From NCBI GenBank assembly GCA_012838235.1, contig DUPQ01000070.1, positions 13,454 to 77,453 of the forward strand: a DNA stretch of 64,000 bases, read 5' to 3'. The translations under genes were made by a program, and so were the position numbers. The DNA is from Clostridiaceae bacterium (GTDB lineage: Bacteria > Bacillota > Clostridia > DUPQ01). The notes beneath the pieces were generated by a model. It saw only the letters and a program-made list of their open reading frames with translations. It was not told the DNA's origin and ran no database searches. Below, in pieces: positions 8,004-14,975 of the stretch (the first letter of the stretch is position 1; each line of letters starts with the position of its first letter).

Positions 8004-9863
8004 ATGATGAACCGCTATTCAAATGAGTACGAGATAGAAAGGAGTACAAGCCGGTTGGATAAAGAATCCTCTACCTGTGGTCCTGTTGTATATTATAACG
8101 GTAAGCCATATGTATATGATGGAGAAAGCCATGTTCTCTATATCGGTAAAAGTGGTAAGGGTAAAAGTAGATGCGGAACAATCTCTACAGTGCTATCAGT
8201 GCAGCAAGCCGGTGAATCCTACATTGTATCCGATCCTAAAGGGGAGATATACAATGCAACTTATTGTTTTCTGAAAGATAAATATATTGTTCATGTAATT
8301 GATTTCAGAAATATTTTAGAAAGTGAAACTTGGAATCCTTTAGAACTTGCATACAAACTATATTCTACCGGTGATAAGCATAAGATGGAAATAGCCTATG
8401 AATTGATTGTAGAATTGGCATTTTTATTATTTGCGGATTCTGTAGTTGCTGATCCGTTTTGGGCTCAAAGTGCACGTAGCTTATTTATCGGTATTGTCTA
8501 TTTACTTTTCAGTTTTGCTCCTGCTGATCAAATAAATATGAAGTCGGTATATATGCTTGCTGTTTTAGGAGAACAAAGGTTAGGGTCAACAAACTATTTG
8601 CGTCATCTTATTGATTTGTTGCCTAAAGACACAACTGCATCGATGAACCTGAATTCGTATATGGCTGCGCCTAATGAAACAAGAGGAAGTATAAAATGTG
8701 TTTTCTTAGATGGTATGGCAATATTTGCAAGAAGCGAAGGTCTTATTGAAATGTTGAGTTCTGATGGCTTGAACATTGCAGAAATGAATGGTGAAAAACC
8801 GGTTGCAATATATATTATTTTGCCGGATGAATCAATAATCTATGATAGGCTTTGCGGTGTGTTGATTAGTCAGTTAATGAAACACTATATGCGTCTTGCG
8901 CAAGATGAATACAAAGGCAGATTGCCGATACGTATGCATCTGATACTGGAGGAGCTTGCAAGTGTGGGAAGTTCCATATCCGGGTTGCCGGACTTAATGG
9001 CTACATCTCGAAGCAGAAATATTAAAATATATATTGTGCTTCAGTCATTATCTCAGTTGGACGATTTATATGGAAAAAGTAATGCATCTACAATACTTGC
9101 CAATATCGGTATCATCATTGCCTTTAGTACTAACGATTGGAAGACCTTAGAGGAGTTATCACAAAAATGCGGAGATAAGGAAATAGATTTCGGTACAAGA
9201 ATAGTTACAACAAGCCTTATTAAGCCGGAGCAGCTTGCTGGTATGGATGTAAAGCAAGCATTGGTAATGATAGACGGAAGTGTCAAGTATATAACTAAAT
9301 TACCGTTCTATGATGAAATATTTGACTTTAGCGAGTGGAAAGAACCGGCGCAATTAAAACATAAAAAAGAAAATAATCCGAAATACTTTGATATTACTAA
9401 ATATGTTCAAGAGGGTGGTGAAACTGATTTAAGAGTACCGATGATGTTGCAGAATGAAGATATATTCAGAACTTTCAACAAGCCCAAAATTAATGAAGAA
9501 ATTAAACTTCAAGAGTTAATAACGAAGATTGATAAAGCAATTGAGAGATTAGAGGGAACAGAAGAAATAGAGGAAATAGAGGAATTAAAAGAAATAGAGA
9601 AATTAATGGAATTAGATATGCAGGAGATGATAGATGAAGAGGATATTCCTGATAGCTATGATATAATACTCTATCGTTGCAATAGTTGTGAAAATGTTAT
9701 TGCTTTGGTTGTTGCCAAAATACTGGATGTAAGTTACAATGAAGCAGTCAATAAATTAAAAGAAGAGCCTCAGATATTTAAATTTGAAACAAGAATTGAA
9801 GCTGAAAGAGCAAAAGCTGATATACGCAATGTGGGTGGGGATGTTTATAATCTATTCGATTAA
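8004..9863 (+). CDS. Soluble VirD4/TraG-like (type IV coupling protein family) P-loop ATPase with acidic linker and C-terminal ribosomal L7/L12-CTD-like domain
   Basis: Track start is TTG 7989. ATG 8004 follows GGAGGA. Walker A YIGKSGKGKSRCG. SDPKGEIY, DPFWAQSARSLF, LILEELASVG (Walker B region), IVLQSLSQLDDLYG. No N-terminal TM helices. Acidic EEIEEIEELKEIEKLMELDMQEMIDEEDIP linker. C-terminus YDIILYRCNSCENVIALVVAKILDVSYNEAVNKLKEEPQIFKFETRIEAERAKADIRNVGGDV. Confidence 0.8.
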   Translation: MMNRYSNEYEIERSTSRLDKESSTCGPVVYYNGKPYVYDGESHVLYIGKSGKGKSRCGTISTVLSVQQAGESYIVSDPKGEIYNATYCFLKDKYIVHVIDFRNILESETWNPLELAYKLYSTGDKHKMEIAYELIVELAFLLFADSVVADPFWAQSARSLFIGIVYLLFSFAPADQINMKSVYMLAVLGEQRLGSTNYLRHLIDLLPKDTTASMNLNSYMAAPNETRGSIKCVFLDGMAIFARSEGLIEMLSSDGLNIAEMNGEKPVAIYIILPDESIIYDRLCGVLISQLMKHYMRLAQDEYKGRLPIRMHLILEELASVGSSISGLPDLMATSRSRNIKIYIVLQSLSQLDDLYGKSNASTILANIGIIIAFSTNDWKTLEELSQKCGDKEIDFGTRIVTTSLIKPEQLAGMDVKQALVMIDGSVKYITKLPFYDEIFDFSEWKEPAQLKHKKENNPKYFDITKYVQEGGETDLRVPMMLQNEDIFRTFNKPKINEEIKLQELITKIDKAIERLEGTEEIEEIEELKEIEKLMELDMQEMIDEEDIPDSYDIILYRCNSCENVIALVVAKILDVSYNEAVNKLKEEPQIFKFETRIEAERAKADIRNVGGDVYNLFD

Positions 9864-9901
9864 TAATAATAAGGATAATTGTATAAAGGAGGGAATGGTT
9901 T

Positions 9902-11215
9902 ATGAGTGGCTTTACTATTGGAGAATATGAATTAGCTAGAAGGGAGAAAGAGTGGTTAAGACTGATAGAGGAAGAAAACCGCAAAAGATTAAAAGAGGCT
10001 ACCGACAGATACAGGTCATGTTTGGCTAATGTTAAATCGGTTAAACACAGAATATCTGCTCATATGGTGGAACAGGAGAAAACACTGGAAGCATATTCTT
10101 ATATGAAGCAACCGTTTGACGAGCTTAAAAGTATAAAAAAGAAATATTGCGAGAAAATTGAACGACTTTGTACTGGCAATATCCCTTCCGAGGTTGTTGA
10201 GATAAACGAGTTATCTGACAAGTTGGAGGAGGATATAGGGGTAATAAGTGCGGAGTTTTTCAAAAAAACGGAAAAAGTGGAAAAAGCAATCAGAGAATAT
10301 ATGAGAATACATGCGGACAATATAGCTACTAAGCAAGTATCAGTTGAATTGGACAGGTTTTCAAAGAGAATTAAAGAAGCTGTCAGAGTGGATTATGCCG
10401 ACTTTATTGAACCTTCTTCAAATAAGACGGAGGAGGATTTGGTAAGCAAGTTTGCTGCTGTATTGCAATTAGCGGAAGAGTGCTTCAATATTTCACATAT
10501 GGATTCCGTCAAATCCAATGTAATTAACATCGTAACAACTCTGAACTCCGTTTCCGATAAGACTTATGATGAAAAAAAGGTTGTGTTGGATCAAATTTAC
10601 AGTAAATTAGTTTCGATCAAGAAGGAGGCAATAGCAAAGAGTAAAAGGTTTGATGCACTGTACACTCAATACCTGGCGGAATGTATTTTAGCTGGCAGTA
10701 AGCCGATGGTTGATTACAGTTTTACATCACTCGAAGCTTTGTCTGACGAGCTTAAATCGGTTAAGAAGAGAGCGGAAGAAAAAGCGGAACACAAATATAT
10801 AACCGAACAGATAAATGATGTTATGCGTAGTATGGGCTACAAATCCATAGACAGTCAGCTTCTTGAGTTACCCAAGGTCGGAACAAGACAGTTGTTCAGA
10901 ATAAAGGAAAATGTTGCACTGAATGTATATGCTTCCGAGAACAACGAAGTGAATACACAGCTTATTATTATCGGGGACAGTAAGAATATAACCGAAGAAG
11001 ATTACGAACAGTTTGAAGAAGAACAAAGAAGCTTCTGCAAGCGCAATCCGGAGTTAGTAAGAAGATTATCGGAAAGAGGTATTTTGATTAAGAACGGGAA
11101 GATAAAAGAGCAAGACAAAAATGATTTGGTTAAAGAAAAAATAGTGACCGATGCGAAGAGTGAAAATAGAAAAAGTAGAAAGAGAAAAATGGAAATAAGG
11201 ATGGAGAGGGAATAA
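9902..11215 (+). CDS. Coiled-coil protein, unknown function
   Basis: 437 aa, AAGGAGGG RBS. Charged heptad-like sequence over most of its length, Lys/Arg-rich tail. No family recognised. Confidence 0.7.
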   Translation: MSGFTIGEYELARREKEWLRLIEEENRKRLKEATDRYRSCLANVKSVKHRISAHMVEQEKTLEAYSYMKQPFDELKSIKKKYCEKIERLCTGNIPSEVVEINELSDKLEEDIGVISAEFFKKTEKVEKAIREYMRIHADNIATKQVSVELDRFSKRIKEAVRVDYADFIEPSSNKTEEDLVSKFAAVLQLAEECFNISHMDSVKSNVINIVTTLNSVSDKTYDEKKVVLDQIYSKLVSIKKEAIAKSKRFDALYTQYLAECILAGSKPMVDYSFTSLEALSDELKSVKKRAEEKAEHKYITEQINDVMRSMGYKSIDSQLLELPKVGTRQLFRIKENVALNVYASENNEVNTQLIIIGDSKNITEEDYEQFEEEQRSFCKRNPELVRRLSERGILIKNGKIKEQDKNDLVKEKIVTDAKSENRKSRKRKMEIRMERE

Positions 11216-11797
11216 ATGAAAGCATGTGATATATGCGGTGCGTCAAATGATGATAATTCAAGGATATGTAATGTTTGTGGTGGAAGGTTTGCAGAAAAAT
11301 CTGTTTCTTATGTTTACTATGTAAGGTGTAACACATGCAATGCCGATATTTTAGTGCAGAATGAAAAACAGGATAAGGTTTTCTGCAAAACCTGTGATAA
11401 AGAACTTGTGATAGACGGAATAGTACATTCGGTATCCAGGAGAGAAACGATTGCAGAAGAAGAACTATATGTAGAACCTACATTGATTTTGGAAGAGGTA
11501 AAATCCAAGCATAAATTCATCATCCCCAAAGAAGGCGGAGTATTTGGCAGATACGGACAATTTGATCCACACTTTTTTCAAGATGAACGTTTTTCCAGGG
11601 TATCAAGGCGTCATATTGTAATAAGTTATGACAGTGACAGTAATAAATGGTCGGTAAAACCCAACAGTGAGACCAATGACACATATATAGACGGAAGGAC
11701 ATTTAAACCGTCAATGAACAGTATTGCCGTTGAAATCAGAGATGGTCAGATGATAGGGCTTGCCGACATATATTTTAAAGTTATAATAAACGGGTAG
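11216..11797 (+). CDS. Double zinc-ribbon plus FHA domain protein
   Basis: 193 aa. CDIC...CNVC and CNTC...CKTC pairs. FHA signature FGRYGQ (GR), SRRHIVI (SxxH), NDTYIDG, and a C-terminal beta-strand region. The start abuts the upstream stop. Confidence 0.85.
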   Translation: MKACDICGASNDDNSRICNVCGGRFAEKSVSYVYYVRCNTCNADILVQNEKQDKVFCKTCDKELVIDGIVHSVSRRETIAEEELYVEPTLILEEVKSKHKFIIPKEGGVFGRYGQFDPHFFQDERFSRVSRRHIVISYDSDSNKWSVKPNSETNDTYIDGRTFKPSMNSIAVEIRDGQMIGLADIYFKVIING

Positions 11798-11802
11798 TAC
11801 AG

Positions 11803-12384
11803 ATGAATGTTGACAGAATCGCTTTTCCAATCAAATCACTCGGACCGGGTAACCGGATAGCAATTTGGACTGCAGGATGTAAAAAGCATTGCTATAATTG
11901 CATAACGCCAGAATTGTGGGAGCCCGATCCGATGAAAGAAATATCCGTACAAAGCCTTGTGCATATTATCACAACTGTTGTTTCCGATAATGGTATTACT
12001 GTTGACGGTATTACCATAACGGGAGGAGACCCTTTTGAACAGCTGGAGGACCTGTTGAACTTACTTCCTTATGTAAAAAATATGGTAAAAGACATTTTGG
12101 TTTATACAGGTTATGAGTACTCGCAATTTAAGAAAACTCTTAGCGAGTGGAAAATAGAATGCATAGAAAGTAATATTTCAGTTTTAATTGATGGGCAATA
12201 TGTAGATAAATTGAACGATAACAAAAGTGCATTGATAGGCTCAACCAATCAGAATATTATATTTTTTGACGAGAAACTTAAATCTAAATATTCGGAATAT
12301 ATGGAAAAAGGCAGAAGCATAGAGAATATAATACACGGGAAAAAGGTTTTTTCTGTAGGTATACATAATAGAGAGGAGAAATAA
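11803..12384 (+). CDS. NrdG-like radical-SAM activating enzyme (4Fe-4S CX3CX2C)
   Basis: 193 aa. The N-terminus MNVDRIAFPIKSLGPGNRIAIWTAGCKKHCYNCITPELW matches the NrdG/PflA-type activase pattern (SxxDGPGxR..F..GCxxxCxxCxN). GGDPFEQ SAM-binding motif. Confidence 0.8.
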   Translation: MNVDRIAFPIKSLGPGNRIAIWTAGCKKHCYNCITPELWEPDPMKEISVQSLVHIITTVVSDNGITVDGITITGGDPFEQLEDLLNLLPYVKNMVKDILVYTGYEYSQFKKTLSEWKIECIESNISVLIDGQYVDKLNDNKSALIGSTNQNIIFFDEKLKSKYSEYMEKGRSIENIIHGKKVFSVGIHNREEK

Positions 12385-12385
12385 A

Positions 12386-14251
12386 TTGGATAATCAATCA
12401 GTAAAGCCCAAATGGCAAAAGGAGATAGAGCTTTTCAGAGGTATAAAAAGTGCATATATAATTGAAGGCAATATAAATGACAACTATCCTATCTGCGAAG
12501 AGGGAGGTAGTGTATATTTTGCTAACCTTGATAAGACAATAATAAAGTTGTTTGATAAGGATGTATATGATTTCTGTTTCTGTAATCCTGCGGTAGGGTT
12601 ATATGATCCTCTTAACAGAAGTTTACAAAAAGAAACCGTTGAAGCATTGATAGGCAAGTTTAATAATAATGAATTATGTTCCCGTTATGATGATATATTC
12701 GGTCATGTTTATATGATTAGAGAAATAGGTTTACTTGCCGATATTATTAAAAAAGCATTGGTAGGAACAACAAACAATAACGAAGGAGAAAGAAAACCCG
12801 TTGCAGTCGTAGTAAATTTCGCATCAAAGTTTTTTTCGGACGTATCCAATATAAATAATGACGAGATGAAGGCATTGTTGAACATATTATTAGCTTCATT
12901 GAATTCCAGATATTACCGGAACAATGTCAATACATTGATACTGGTTGTGGAGAAATTCAATGACCTTCCCACATGGTTCTACTACAATAATCCCAAGGTA
13001 AAGACCGTTACTATACCCAATCCCGACAGGTTGGTCAGAACTGTGTATATCGAGAAAGAGTTCACCGAGTTTAACAGTATAGAAAAGGCGAAGGATGTAA
13101 TTGATAAGCTTGTAAGCGCCACGGAAGGATTAAAACTGATTGAGCTTAGAGAATTAAGACAACTTCACATGAAGAATAATGATGACATATCCAATATTAA
13201 TGAAACGGTGTCTGCATATAAATATGGTATTAAGGATAATTTATGGCAAAGTTTCAATAAAGGAACAATAGAGAGACTGGAAAGATATCTTAAAGAAAGA
13301 ATAATCGGTCAGGACTATGCATTGAATAAAGCAATAACGATAATAAAGCGCGCGGTGATGGGAATGACAGGTTTGCAACATTCATCTGCAGATAATAAAC
13401 CTCGCGGTGTACTGTTCTTAGCCGGTCCTACCGGTACCGGAAAAACGGAGCTGGCAAAAGCTATAACTGTAATCCTTTTCGGTGATGAGAGAAACTGTAT
13501 AAGATTTGACATGGCTGAATTCAGTGAACCACATTCGGATCAGAAACTAATCGGTGCACCTCCTGGTTATGTTGGTTATGAAGCGGGAGGGCAGCTGACT
13601 AACGAAGTGAGAAAAAGACCATATGCAACGGTACTATTTGATGAAATGGATAAAGCATGTCCGACAATTATGGATAAATTCTTAGAAATACTGGAAGATG
13701 GCAGGTTGACAGACGGACAAGGCAATACGGTATATTTCTCAGGGACACTGATAATTTTTACCAGTAACTACGGATATACGGAAATGAGAATTGATGAAAA
13801 CGGTAACGAGAAAAGAGAATGGATTATTAAACCCGGCGAGTTACCCTATGAAGAGGTAAGGAAAAAAGTGGTTGATTCTATTAAAAAATCCAAAGCGATG
13901 AAACCGGAAATAATAAACAGGATAGGGGAACACAACATAATTGTATTTGATTTTATCAGCAAAGAGGCCGCAGAAAAGATAATTAAAAAACAGATAAAAC
14001 AAGTGAACGAAGACTGCAAGAAGCAAAAGGGAATCTCAATGCATGTTTTAGATGAATGCTATGAGTTATTAAATAAGAAATCTCGGTCCGATGATGTGAT
14101 GATTTATGGAGGCAGGGGTATAGGAACATTGGTAGAAAATGAATACATCAACCCTCTTTCCAATTATTTGTTTGATAATGATTTTACCCATGAAGTAAAA
14201 ATAACTGCATTTGTAAAAGGGGATAAACTGGACTTCAGAGAGGAGGTATAG
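12386..14251 (+). CDS. Clp/Hsp100-family AAA+ ATPase (ClpB/ClpV-like D2) with degenerate N-terminal D1-like half
   Basis: 621 aa, TTG start 7 nt after GAGAGGAG. D2: IIGQDYALNKAI...GVLFLAGPTGTGKTELAKA...LIGAPPGYVGYEAGGQLTNEVRKRPYATVLFDEMDKA...LEDGRLTDGQGNTVYFSGTLIIFTSN...YGGRGIGTLVE (sensor 2). The N-terminal half has IIEGNINDNY at the Walker A position and VVVNFASKF at the Walker B position. Confidence 0.85.
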   Translation: MDNQSVKPKWQKEIELFRGIKSAYIIEGNINDNYPICEEGGSVYFANLDKTIIKLFDKDVYDFCFCNPAVGLYDPLNRSLQKETVEALIGKFNNNELCSRYDDIFGHVYMIREIGLLADIIKKALVGTTNNNEGERKPVAVVVNFASKFFSDVSNINNDEMKALLNILLASLNSRYYRNNVNTLILVVEKFNDLPTWFYYNNPKVKTVTIPNPDRLVRTVYIEKEFTEFNSIEKAKDVIDKLVSATEGLKLIELRELRQLHMKNNDDISNINETVSAYKYGIKDNLWQSFNKGTIERLERYLKERIIGQDYALNKAITIIKRAVMGMTGLQHSSADNKPRGVLFLAGPTGTGKTELAKAITVILFGDERNCIRFDMAEFSEPHSDQKLIGAPPGYVGYEAGGQLTNEVRKRPYATVLFDEMDKACPTIMDKFLEILEDGRLTDGQGNTVYFSGTLIIFTSNYGYTEMRIDENGNEKREWIIKPGELPYEEVRKKVVDSIKKSKAMKPEIINRIGEHNIIVFDFISKEAAEKIIKKQIKQVNEDCKKQKGISMHVLDECYELLNKKSRSDDVMIYGGRGIGTLVENEYINPLSNYLFDNDFTHEVKITAFVKGDKLDFREEV

Positions 14252-14255
14252 TCAA

Positions 14256-14975
14256 GTGTTACATGTTGTTGCTATTACCGATAAAGGTCCGAGTAATGAG
14301 AAAAATGACGACTGTATATTAGTTAATAATACTGTTATAACCGAAGGATCGTTTTATGGAGAATACCGTTCCTACCTGCTTGCATCGGTTTTTGACGGTG
14401 TCGGAGGCGAGCATTACGGAGACGAGGCGGCTAAAATTGCAGCGACAGGTTTTTCAACACTTGATGTTAAAGACAGATTAAGTGAACATGTTATAGTTGA
14501 TAGGATAAAGGCGGTGAATAGGGATATTCTTGATGCACAGAGGACCGATGTTTATCACAGCAAAATGGCAACTACAATAGCAGGGGTTTATATAAGTAAT
14601 GACAGCTTCATAGCCTTTAATGTCGGTGACAGTCGGGTGTATCGCTTAAGAGGCGAGTATATGTTGCAGATATCGAAAGATCATAGATATTCGGAAAAAG
14701 TTCACACAATATACCGATACTTAGGACACCCTACCGATTACCTACCGTATACTGATATGTTTGATAACTTGTTTTTTGACAATGACATTCTTGTTATTTG
14801 TACTGATGGTATCAGCGACTTTGTTTACAACAGTGTAATCAAGCGGGAACTTATGAAAGTTGAAGACAATTATTCTTTGACGGAATGTGCAGAGGAAATA
14901 ATGAATACTGCAATTAAGGAAGGGTGTAACGATAATTTAAGTATCATATTAATAAGGAAGTGCGAAAATGACTGA
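14256..14975 (+). CDS. PP2C-family Ser/Thr phosphatase
   Basis: 239 aa, GTG start after GAGGAGG. VFDGVGGEHYGDEAA, NVGDSRVY, CTDGISD, NDNLSIILI. Confidence 0.85.
   Translation: MLHVVAITDKGPSNEKNDDCILVNNTVITEGSFYGEYRSYLLASVFDGVGGEHYGDEAAKIAATGFSTLDVKDRLSEHVIVDRIKAVNRDILDAQRTDVYHSKMATTIAGVYISNDSFIAFNVGDSRVYRLRGEYMLQISKDHRYSEKVHTIYRYLGHPTDYLPYTDMFDNLFFDNDILVICTDGISDFVYNSVIKRELMKVEDNYSLTECAEEIMNTAIKEGCNDNLSIILIRKCEND

Noticed and set aside
8004-9863. Interpretation of the VirD4/TraG-like gene as marking a conjugative element or T4SS
   Set aside because: There is no relaxase, VirB4, VirB6/8/10, pilin or oriT-like sequence, and no integrase. The protein lacks the N-terminal membrane anchor of coupling proteins.
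12386-14251. GIGT in YGGRGIGTLVE as an IGF/IGL-type ClpP-docking loop
   Set aside because: By alignment to the YGARPLRR region of Hsp100 proteins, this segment is the sensor-2 arginine region of the D2 small subdomain. It is not the surface loop after the TSN motif where ClpA and ClpC carry IGL/IGF.
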